Shown one piece after another: positions 32,314 to 39,007 of a stretch of 39,007 bases of DNA. Position numbers and translations under genes: made by a program. The stretch is from the IMG/VR virus record IMGVR_UViG_3300027852_000026, positions 1 through 39,007 of that record. The stretch is one strand, 5' to 3'. The notes beneath the pieces were generated by a model that made no database searches, was not told the origin of the DNA, and saw nothing but the letters and a program-made list of their open reading frames with translations. How positions within the stretch are numbered: the stretch's first letter is position 1; the number at the start of each line of letters is the position of its first letter. This DNA comes from a virus.

Positions 32314-32880
32314 ATGATTTTACGGTCGGCAAGGCAGGCGTGGGCGGTGGTGTTTGAGGGGTTGCGGGCACAGGGTTGGGGTGTTGGTGGTGGTAGTGGC
32401 GGTGGGTGCAATACGGCGGATTATCGCATTTGGGATGGTTTGACGGCGGGGCAGGTGATGACGGTTATCGATGATCTGCCGGAGCAGTGTTACACGTGGG
32501 GCATGTGGGCTTATACGGAGCCCCGCGAGAATGATGTTAACAAGCAGGCTGAGCGTGAGTTGTTTTTGCTGACGTGGCTGGCCAAGGCGCTGGATGCTGC
32601 GGGCGTGCCGGATGTGCGCAGCGATGAGGAGGGCGAGGCTGAGCAGCAGTTGCTGTTGATGCTGTTGCGCGATACTCGTCAGCGTGAGCGCAATGGCCGT
32701 GAGCTGTACAGCAAGGCGGATATGGCGCGGGCGCTGGGTGTTGACCGGCGTTGTCTTGATGCGCGGTATAAGTGGGGCCGGCGTTGTGTTGTGGCGCGAC
32801 AGGCGTTGGATGATTTGATTGGCGGTGCGCTGGGGCCGGTGGCGCGGGTGGTGGGTGAGATTAATGTGCGGGCGGCTTGA
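32314..32880 (+). CDS. candidate late-gene regulator (antiterminator Q-like by position)
   Basis: 188 aa from ATG 32314. CYTWGMWAYTE recalls the WG.W motif of some Q families. It lies just upstream of a promoter-plus-terminator unit and the lysis/late genes. Confidence 0.35.
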   Translation: MILRSARQAWAVVFEGLRAQGWGVGGGSGGGCNTADYRIWDGLTAGQVMTVIDDLPEQCYTWGMWAYTEPRENDVNKQAERELFLLTWLAKALDAAGVPDVRSDEEGEAEQQLLLMLLRDTRQRERNGRELYSKADMARALGVDRRCLDARYKWGRRCVVARQALDDLIGGALGPVARVVGEINVRAA

Positions 32881-32951
32881 TGTGGGTGTGTTTATTCCCG
32901 TTTGGTTTCGTGATGATGGCGCATAAAGCTTTAGTTAACCGGAGAGGAAAG

Positions 32952-33200
32952 ATGAGCGAAGCGAAGAGTGCTGAGTCCGAGTTGAGCGCCTTATTATGCC
33001 CACTTGAATCGATTGAATGCACATTGGCATTTGCTACAAAAGACTGGAGTATAGATAAGAATGACGCTTGGATATACGGAATTGTTGCTGGATGGGATGA
33101 TGATTCATTGGCAGAGCTGCAGGATAAATTCCATTGGGGTTGCAGTGAAATTGTCAGACTCAAAAAACTGCATAAATCTTTTTGCTTGCTGAAGGTATAA
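32952..33200 (+). CDS. hypothetical protein (AT-rich)
   Basis: 82 aa. GGAGAGGAAAG lies immediately upstream of ATG 32952. Confidence 0.55.
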   Translation: MSEAKSAESELSALLCPLESIECTLAFATKDWSIDKNDAWIYGIVAGWDDDSLAELQDKFHWGCSEIVRLKKLHKSFCLLKV

Positions 33201-33240
33201 CAGTGCGTTAACAGGAATTAAAAAAGAAAGAAAACAGCAC

Positions 33241-33270
33241 TTGACGGAATACGACACTTTGCCCTAGTAT
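33241..33270 (+). promoter_or_regulatory. candidate late promoter (PR' analogue)
   Basis: TTGACG (33241-33246)-N18-TAGTAT (33265-33270), the same hexamers and spacing as the rightward immunity promoter. An A-rich tract (33219-33236) lies upstream. Confidence 0.6.
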
Positions 33271-33325
33271 TCCCCATGCTGGCGCTGATTCCATTAAATA
33301 TGTGATTCGTGCCATTTTTATATCA

Positions 33326-33351
33326 AAAGCCCGCTTCTTGCGGGTTTTTTT
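33326..33351 (+). terminator. rho-independent terminator ~55-80 nt downstream of the late promoter (tR' analogue)
   Basis: Stem GCCCGC (33329-33334) / GCGGGT (33340-33345), loop TTCTT, then a T7 run to 33351. The stem can be extended by A:T pairs. Confidence 0.8.
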
Positions 33352-33366
33352 ATGCCCGGAGTTTAT

Positions 33367-33909
33367 ATGTTAGGACACAGTGATGCGGTGGTCGAGAGTT
33401 GGCTGGTGCGGATTGTTGGGCATGAGGGTGGGTTTTCTGATGACAGGCTTGATCCGGGTAATTGGACGGGCGGTGTTATTGGTCAGGGCTCGCTGAAGGG
33501 TACGAAGTTTGGCATTAGCGCGAGAAGCTACCCGGATTTGGATATTGCGGGCCTTGTGTTGCCTGACGCGGTGGCTATTTATCAGCGTGATTATGTGCGC
33601 CCGTTGAAGTTGGGCCAGTATCGTGACGGCGTGGCGTTTCAGTTGTTGGATTTTGCGGTTAATGCGGGGCCTGATCGGGCTATTCGTCGTTTGCAGCGAG
33701 CTGTTGGTGTTGGTACTGATGGTGTTGTTGGGCCGCTAACATTGGCGGCACTTGAGGCGCGCAGTGAGGGTGATGTGATTATGTTGCTGGTGGCTGAGCG
33801 CATTGAGTTTTTGACGTATTTACGCAATTGGCCGGATGCTGGCAAGGGCTGGATGCGGCGGATGGCTGATAATTTACGGTTTGGTGTTGTGGATGTTAGT
33901 AATCAATGA
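33367..33909 (+). CDS. endolysin, GH108 muramidase with a PG_binding_3-like C-terminal domain
   Basis: HEGGFSDDRLDPGNWTGG...KFGIS matches the GH108 EGG....DPGG.T..GI motif, and VGTDGVVGPLTLAAL matches the PG-binding region. The start is set at ATG 33367, with GGAG 5 nt upstream. Confidence 0.85.
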   Translation: MLGHSDAVVESWLVRIVGHEGGFSDDRLDPGNWTGGVIGQGSLKGTKFGISARSYPDLDIAGLVLPDAVAIYQRDYVRPLKLGQYRDGVAFQLLDFAVNAGPDRAIRRLQRAVGVGTDGVVGPLTLAALEARSEGDVIMLLVAERIEFLTYLRNWPDAGKGWMRRMADNLRFGVVDVSNQ

Positions 33910-34169
33910 GCCATTCGGATCATGTTGACCGTGTTGGCGAGGTTGGTCTGGCAATGGCTGGTCATAAGGTTACGGCAGCGGGTGGCGGTTTGGCGATTAG
34001 TAGTGGTGCCGTCGGCTGGTTGGCTGAGAATCATTTGCTGTTGTCGAGCTTCGGTATTTTGGTGGGCATTTTGGTGGGCCTGTATGGGCTTGTGCTGCAG
34101 CGTCGGCGTGATAAGCGGGAGCAGATTGAGCATGTTGCGAGAATGGAGAGTATTACAGGGGGCGAGTAA
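33906..34169 (+). CDS. holin (two TM helices, charged C-terminal tail)
   Basis: 87 aa with VTAAGGGLAISSGAVGWL and LLLSSFGILVGILVGLYGLVL, then QRRRDKREQIEH. It is ATGA-coupled to the endolysin. Confidence 0.7.
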   Translation: MSHSDHVDRVGEVGLAMAGHKVTAAGGGLAISSGAVGWLAENHLLLSSFGILVGILVGLYGLVLQRRRDKREQIEHVARMESITGGE

Positions 34170-34174
34170 GTTGC

Positions 34175-34849
34175 ATGGTTAGCAGGCAGGTGGACGTAGT
34201 TATTGATGTGATAGATAAATCCGCTGGTAGTAGGCTTGTTCGTAAGCCCTTGGCCATTCTGGTGCATGGGTTTAACGTGTGGGACGGTGGACGTGCGACG
34301 GTGGGTAAGTTGCGACCGTTTCTATCGGCTGAATGCGTGCCTTATATCATGATTAATTATGGTCATGTGGGGCTGCTTGGTACGCGGTTAAAGAATAAGA
34401 AGATTGCTTTGCGTGTCGCTGAGGCGGTGTGCACGGCTGTTGATGCTGGGTATAAGCCGGTGGTGATTGGGCATTCAAATGGGTGCGCGATTATTCATTT
34501 GGCGATGAATATGGTTGATTCTGTGTGCCCTGGTGCGGTTGATGTTGTTTATATCAATCCTGCGTTGAAGAAGGATGCGCGGGCCTCTGCTGCTGTTAAT
34601 AATCTGGCAGTGTGGCACAGCCCGAGTGATAAGCCTGTGCGGTGGAGTAAGCGGCTGTTGCCGTCGAGTGCCCGCCCTTGGGGTGAGATGGGCGCAACTG
34701 GGTTTGTTGGCCACGATAAGCGGGTGATGAACTACAACAAAGAATTGATGACGCCGCCCAGTAAAAGCCATTCAGATATGTTCAGTGCTGAGCTGCTGCC
34801 GTTTTACGGCCCGCTAGTGGTGGATGGTGTGGCGTTGGGTGGTGGGTAA
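34175..34849 (+). CDS. alpha/beta-hydrolase fold serine esterase/lipase-like protein
   Basis: 224 aa. ILVHGF is an HG oxyanion motif, VIGHSNGC is a GxSxG nucleophile elbow, and the candidate Asp and His lie in WHSPSDKPV and SKSHSDMF. There is no signal peptide. Confidence 0.7.
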   Translation: MVSRQVDVVIDVIDKSAGSRLVRKPLAILVHGFNVWDGGRATVGKLRPFLSAECVPYIMINYGHVGLLGTRLKNKKIALRVAEAVCTAVDAGYKPVVIGHSNGCAIIHLAMNMVDSVCPGAVDVVYINPALKKDARASAAVNNLAVWHSPSDKPVRWSKRLLPSSARPWGEMGATGFVGHDKRVMNYNKELMTPPSKSHSDMFSAELLPFYGPLVVDGVALGGG

Positions 34850-35192
34850 GGCACGCAAGTGGTGTTCTAAGTGTAAAGAGCCGCATGCAGGGCAGTGCCC
34901 GAAAAGTGGTTGGAAAGGTTACAGGCATAAGCAAGGGTCTTCTGGCCGTGGTGGCACGACTTGGCAGAATAGGCGCAAGCGAATTTTTGAGCGTGACGGC
35001 TATCTATGCCAAGAGCATAAGCGCTTAGGTAAGCTCGTGTCGGTATCACTTCATGGGATAAATCACGGGGTTTGTGATCACATAACTCCGCTTGCAGAAG
35101 GTGGCAGCGACGATGATGAGAACCTTCAAACGATCTGTCAGTCCTGCGATAAGACAAAAACAGCACAAGAAGCGCGCAGGGGTAGGGGGTAG
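34824..35192 (+). CDS. HNH endonuclease associated with the terminase
   Basis: 122 aa with CQEH...GVCDHITPLAEGGSDDDENLQTICQSCDKTKT. It lies immediately upstream of terS/terL as in HK97-like cos phages. The start is ambiguous among ATG 34824 and GTG 34839/34842. Confidence 0.85.
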   Translation: MVWRWVVGKARKWCSKCKEPHAGQCPKSGWKGYRHKQGSSGRGGTTWQNRRKRIFERDGYLCQEHKRLGKLVSVSLHGINHGVCDHITPLAEGGSDDDENLQTICQSCDKTKTAQEARRGRG

Positions 35193-35258
35193 TCAATACC
35201 TCACGCCCTGCAGCATATACACCGCATCCTAACTTACATTTTATGAGTGTTGGTTTTT

Positions 35259-35285
35259 GTGGGGGGGGGTTAAAACCCGGAGGGG
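35259..35285. other. candidate cos region (G9 tract plus near-palindrome)
   Basis: GTGGGGGGGGGTTAAAACCCGGAGGGG in the 105-bp gap between the HNH gene and terS, including GGGTTAAAACCC at 35267-35278. Confidence 0.3.
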
Positions 35286-35297
35286 TTTAGTAAGCAG

Positions 35298-35753
35298 ATG
35301 AGCAAACCATTAGCCGCAGTGATCCCACTGGGGTTAGCGGTGACGAACAAAGACAAGGCGCCAGCCAGTGAGACTGCCGCCGATTTATTCCAGGGCCTGA
35401 AAGCGAAGATACCGCCGGTGCCTGGTTCAATATCCGACGAGGCCCGCAAGCACTGGTACTACATCGGCGAGCGGCTGGTCGGCCTGAATCTGCTGGCCGA
35501 AGTCGACCTCGGCCAGTTTCGCATCATGTGTGAAACTTGGGCGCTTTATGTCGAGGCCCAGCGCAAAGTAGAAGAAGAGGGCGAATACCAATCCACGCCC
35601 AACAACTACATGCAGCTTTCACCCTGGGCAGTGGCCCGCGAGCGCCACGCCAATCGATACCAGAAAATTGCCGACAAGTTTTTCCTCAGCCCACGGGCGC
35701 GAAAAGCTATCACTATTGAAAACCCCAACCAGGGCGGCCTTGATCTCGACTAA
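35298..35753 (+). CDS. terS: terminase small subunit, P27 family
   Basis: 151 aa. HWYYIGERLVGLNLLAEVDLGQFRIMCETWALYVEAQRKVEEEG...LSPRARKAI is typical of the P27 family. Confidence 0.85.
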   Translation: MSKPLAAVIPLGLAVTNKDKAPASETAADLFQGLKAKIPPVPGSISDEARKHWYYIGERLVGLNLLAEVDLGQFRIMCETWALYVEAQRKVEEEGEYQSTPNNYMQLSPWAVARERHANRYQKIADKFFLSPRARKAITIENPNQGGLDLD

Positions 35754-37432
35754 TGAGTGCCCCCGACGTCGGCAGAGCGTGGCTAGACCGCGCCTATCAA
35801 TATGCCGACGACGTAAAAAGCGGCGTAATACCCAGCTGTAAATACATACAGCTCGCCGTTGATCGCTGGTTCGACGACATGAACAACGCCCCCGCCAGGG
35901 GCCTGCAGTTCAGCGAATACCACGCCGCTCGATACTTTCGCTTTGTGGGCCGCCACTGCCGTCACTACGAAGGCGAATGGGCTGGCAAGAAAATAGACTT
36001 CGAGCCCTGGCAATGCTTCGCCGACGCCAACCTATTTGGCTGGATACGTGAAGACGGCACCCGCCGCTTTCGCCAGGCCTACGAAGAAGTCGCCCGCAAA
36101 AACGGCAAATCCACACGCATCGCCGCCGCTGGCAACTTCTACCTTATTGGCGACAACGAGCCCGGCGCGCAAATTTACAGCGCAGCCACAAAGAAAGAAC
36201 AAGCCCGGCTAATATTTGAATCCAGCAAAGCAATGCTTGAGCAAAGCCCAGCGCTAGCCAGCCTCTGCACAATTGAAGAACACAAACTCAAATACCAGCG
36301 CAGCAAATACCTCCCGCTGAGTAAAGACAGCAAACGCATGGACGGCTTCAACGTTCATGCCGGGCTGGTCGACGAACTCCACGCCCACCCAAATTCAGGG
36401 CTATGGGACGTCATGCGCAGCGCCATGGGTGCCCGCAAGCAACCCGTAATGCGCGCCATAACCACAGCAGGCTTCGACCACAACAGCTACTGCTACCAGC
36501 GCCGTCGCTACGCCATACAAGTACTCGAAGGCGCTGTCACAGACGACGCATTCTTCACCACAATTTACACCCTCGACGACCCTGAGAAATGGGACGACCC
36601 CGCCGAGTGGCCCAAAGCAAACCCCAATTTAGGCGTATCCGTATCGCTCACCGACCTACAAGAGCAATGCGAAGAAGCCAAGCACCTACCCAGTGCTAAA
36701 ACAGAATTCCTCACCAAGCGCCTTAACCTATGGGTCTACGGTGAAACCGCCTGGATGCCAATGCAACACTGGCACCAATGCAAAGACCCTAGCCTTAACA
36801 ACTGGGACGACGCCACCGAGCTCGACGGCCAAGAATGCTACGGCGGCCTAGACCTGTCAGCAGTCGAAGACATGACCACCTTTGGTCTCGTCTTCCCCGG
36901 TGAAAACGGCCAGCGCACAACACTATCGCGGTCCTATTTACCGCAAGCAGCCCTAGAACGCAGGCTGAAACAAGGCGATAAAACGCTAGAAACATTCCGC
37001 GACAGCGGCAACCTAATCGTACTGCCCGGCCAAACCGTCGACTACAACTTCATTAAAGCCGACATTATGGCCGCCGCTGAACGGTTCGACCTGCAATCGA
37101 TTGCCTTCGACCGCTGGAACAGCAGCCAACTCGTTAGCGACCTTATCGACGAAGGCATCGGCTTCATCGAATTCGGCCAGGGCTACGGCAGCATGAGCGC
37201 CCCCAGCAAAGAACTGCTGCGCCTCGTGCTAAACCAACAACTGCGCCAAAACGACCCACTACTCACCTGGGCCGTTAGCAACGTTGTCGTGCAAACCGAC
37301 CCCGCCGGCAACATAAAGCCCGACAAAGGCAAAGTATCAGAAAAAATCGACCCCGCAGTCGCCCTCATTATGGGCATAGCGCTGGCCATGGCGACAGACG
37401 AAGCTGAATCCCCTGAGATTTTTATTCTATGA
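35753..37432 (+). CDS. terL: terminase large subunit (Terminase_1 family)
   Basis: 559 aa. ARKNGKST is Walker A-like, VDELH is Walker B-like, and a C-terminal nuclease region is present. The stop of terS abuts its ATG (TAATG). Confidence 0.93.
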   Translation: MSAPDVGRAWLDRAYQYADDVKSGVIPSCKYIQLAVDRWFDDMNNAPARGLQFSEYHAARYFRFVGRHCRHYEGEWAGKKIDFEPWQCFADANLFGWIREDGTRRFRQAYEEVARKNGKSTRIAAAGNFYLIGDNEPGAQIYSAATKKEQARLIFESSKAMLEQSPALASLCTIEEHKLKYQRSKYLPLSKDSKRMDGFNVHAGLVDELHAHPNSGLWDVMRSAMGARKQPVMRAITTAGFDHNSYCYQRRRYAIQVLEGAVTDDAFFTTIYTLDDPEKWDDPAEWPKANPNLGVSVSLTDLQEQCEEAKHLPSAKTEFLTKRLNLWVYGETAWMPMQHWHQCKDPSLNNWDDATELDGQECYGGLDLSAVEDMTTFGLVFPGENGQRTTLSRSYLPQAALERRLKQGDKTLETFRDSGNLIVLPGQTVDYNFIKADIMAAAERFDLQSIAFDRWNSSQLVSDLIDEGIGFIEFGQGYGSMSAPSKELLRLVLNQQLRQNDPLLTWAVSNVVVQTDPAGNIKPDKGKVSEKIDPAVALIMGIALAMATDEAESPEIFIL

Positions 37433-37581
37433 AACAATCAATTTTCGACGCCGTTGGTATTTTCGGCATCGGCTTTATTGCCTATGGCTCGTGGCTTATT
37501 TACAAGCCCGCCGGCTTTATCGTTGGCGGCTTATTACTGATTGGCGTTGCATTTATAGCTAGTCGCGGTCCAATCGCCTGA
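37429..37581 (+). CDS. small two-TM membrane protein (50 aa), absent from the track
   Basis: ATG 37429 overlaps the terL stop (ATGA). The frame is open to TGA at 37579-37581, which overlaps the portal ATG. Translated as MKQSIFDAVGIFGIGFIAYGSWLIYKPAGFIVGGLLLIGVAFIASRGPIA. Confidence 0.55.
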   Translation: MKQSIFDAVGIFGIGFIAYGSWLIYKPAGFIVGGLLLIGVAFIASRGPIA

Positions 37582-38810
37582 TGATTTTTGACCGCTTGCA
37601 AAAAAGCACAACTATTAGCACCTCTGCAGAGCTTGCAGAAGCGCTTGGTGTTGGTTACCAATCCAGCGCTGGCGTCTCTGTTACACCAAAAGAGGCCGTC
37701 CGTTTTGCCCCGGTGTACAGCTGCATAAAAGTGCTGGCCGAATCAGTCGGCATGCTGCCTTTAAACCTGTTTGAGCAGAAAGGCAGAGTGCGTGAAAAAG
37801 CGCGTAGTCATAGCCTGTTTAACTTAATAAACCTTGCCCCAAACAGCTACATGACCAGTCAGGAATGGCGCGAGACCATGGTCGCCCACCTGGGCCTTCG
37901 GGGTAACCACTACTCGTGGATCAATCGCATAAATGGCCAGGTGCGCGAACTGCTGCCGCTAAACCCTGACGCAGTTACCCCTGCCATAAATAGCGACTGG
38001 TCAGTCGATTATAAAGTCACCTTCCCTGATGGCACCCAGCGAACATTGGGCGAAGACCAGATATTTCATGTCCGCCTTATGTCCGTGGACGGCCTCACGG
38101 GTTTAAGCCCTATCGCCCAGGCGCGCAATAGCATCGGCTTAGGCATGGCCGCTGAGCGCTTTGGTTCACGGTTGTTTAAAAACGGCACTCGCCCCAGTGG
38201 CTTGCTGAGTACAGATGCAAAGCTCAGCGCTGAGCAAATGGAGCTTATGTCCAGCTCGTGGCGCAAGGCAAATAGCGGTGACGACGAACTGCGCACCGCA
38301 ATTCTAGGTGGCGGCCTTAAATGGACAGCGATATCGATATCGCCAGAAGACGCGCAGTTTCTTGAAACGCGCAAATACCAGCGCAGCGAAATAGCCGGCA
38401 TCTTTCGTGTTCCCGCGCACATGATCAACGACATGGAAAAGGCCACCTTTTCTAATATTGAACACCAAGACATTGCCTTCGTTGTTCACACGCTCACGCC
38501 CTGGGTGACTCGCTTCGAGCAGCGCATAGCGGTCAGCTTATTGACGGCGCAAGAGCGTGAAAAGTTTTTTGCCAAATTCAACGTCAACGCCCTATTGCGT
38601 GGCGACATGAAATCCCGCGCCGACTACATGTGGAAGCGCTTTCAAATGGGCTCGCTGTCGCCTAATGACATTCGCGACTTTGAAGACGAAAACCCAATCG
38701 ATAACGGCGACACCTACTGGGTGCCAGCCAACATGATAGACCCTAAAGACAACACCGAAATGCAACAAACCGGCGACCAAAACAGCAGCACAGGTGACGA
38801 CAATGCTTAA
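37581..38810 (+). CDS. portal protein, HK97 family
   Basis: 409 aa. VYSCIKVLAESVGMLPLNLF and the SPEDAQFLETRKYQRSEIAGIFRVP region are typical. It lies between terL and the protease. Confidence 0.92.
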   Translation: MIFDRLQKSTTISTSAELAEALGVGYQSSAGVSVTPKEAVRFAPVYSCIKVLAESVGMLPLNLFEQKGRVREKARSHSLFNLINLAPNSYMTSQEWRETMVAHLGLRGNHYSWINRINGQVRELLPLNPDAVTPAINSDWSVDYKVTFPDGTQRTLGEDQIFHVRLMSVDGLTGLSPIAQARNSIGLGMAAERFGSRLFKNGTRPSGLLSTDAKLSAEQMELMSSSWRKANSGDDELRTAILGGGLKWTAISISPEDAQFLETRKYQRSEIAGIFRVPAHMINDMEKATFSNIEHQDIAFVVHTLTPWVTRFEQRIAVSLLTAQEREKFFAKFNVNALLRGDMKSRADYMWKRFQMGSLSPNDIRDFEDENPIDNGDTYWVPANMIDPKDNTEMQQTGDQNSSTGDDNA

Positions 38811-39007
38811 GCAAAAACTCCACGCGCCACTTCGCATCAAAGAAGTCAGCAATAGCGGTGAATTCTCAGGCTACGGCTCAGTCTTCGGCACCACCGACAG
38901 CTATGGTGACGTTGTTGTTAAAGGCGCGTTCACTCAGTCGCTGGCTGACTGGGCCGGCAAGGGGCGCATGCCATCGCTGTTATGGCAGCACGACACCAAA
39001 GAGCCTA
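38803..39007 (+). CDS. HK97-family prohead protease, 5' portion (continues at 1..594)
   Basis: ATG 38803 overlaps the end of the portal gene. MLKQKLHAPLRIKEVSNSGEFSGYGSVFG... runs off the window in the same frame that is open from base 1. Confidence 0.9.
   Translation, partial: MLKQKLHAPLRIKEVSNSGEFSGYGSVFGTTDSYGDVVVKGAFTQSLADWAGKGRMPSLLWQHDTKEP
38881..39007. repeat. exact 127-bp copy of bases 1-127 (circular-closure overlap)
   Basis: Identical base for base by direct comparison of the first and last lines of the window. Confidence 0.98.

Noticed and set aside
33922-34182. An 86-aa alternative-frame ORF embedded in the holin gene, considered as a spanin or antiholin.
   Set aside because: The product is Trp/Cys/Arg-rich and looks like nonsense sequence. 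It has no signal, lipobox or TM-plus-periplasmic-domain architecture. The holin frame has a coherent two-TM topology and start/stop coupling.
34575-34727. An embedded +1-frame ORF inside the hydrolase gene starting MRGPLLLLIIWQC, considered as an Rz1-like o-spanin lipoprotein.
   Set aside because: IWQC is not a canonical lipobox ([LVI][ASTVI][GAS]C). The SD-like purines abut the ATG with no spacing. The product is Cys/Gly-rich rather than Pro-rich, and there is no partner i-spanin. It is most likely a chance ORF in GC-rich sequence.
1-39007. Searched by eye for tRNA genes, CRISPR repeats, a reverse transcriptase (DGR or retron), transposases/IS ends and methyltransferases.
   Set aside because: No T-loop/acceptor combinations, no regularly spaced repeats, no YxDD-containing ORF, no DDE or serine-recombinase ORF, and no SAM-binding motif were seen. 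The only recombinase is the tyrosine integrase.

Overview
The window is one complete, circularly closed temperate siphovirus-type genome. Bases 1-127 are identical to 38881-39007, giving a 38,880-bp unit, and the prohead protease gene is split across that junction. Gene order, starting at 34824: HNH endonuclease, terS (P27 family), terL, a small membrane ORF, HK97-type portal, prohead protease, major capsid with a strong terminator behind it, connector/adaptor/gp10-like neck genes, tail tube, and a G/GT chaperone pair with a clean -1 slippery heptamer. These are followed by a 1046-aa tape measure, minor tail proteins and a J-like tip protein. Next comes about 7 kb of 13 translationally coupled genes without close characterised relatives. 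It includes a ferritin-like/E2-type acyltransferase fusion and an AT-richer four-gene island that starts with a Sec-signal protein.

On the minus strand lie a tyrosine integrase, a repeat-dense putative attP gap, an Xis/AlpA-like gene and an ATGA-coupled early-left operon containing an HNH_3 endonuclease. That operon is headed by a LuxR-type HTH protein with a membrane anchor. An AT-rich moron cluster sits between the left early promoter and a cI-like (HTH + S24 peptidase) repressor.

Rightward genes run cro-like, an inverted KTSC gene, a replication initiator with internal iterons, DnaB, SSB and a Q-like candidate. A promoter-plus-terminator unit resembling lambda PR'-tR' precedes a lysis cassette of GH108 endolysin, holin and an alpha/beta hydrolase. 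No recognisable spanin is present.

No tRNA, rRNA, CRISPR array or transposase was seen. The strongest novelty candidates are the moron cassette beside cI, the di-iron/acyltransferase fusion in the tail operon, the hydrolase in the spanin slot, and the low-GC island with a secreted protein. All functional calls rest on motif recognition by eye and on synteny. No database search was run.
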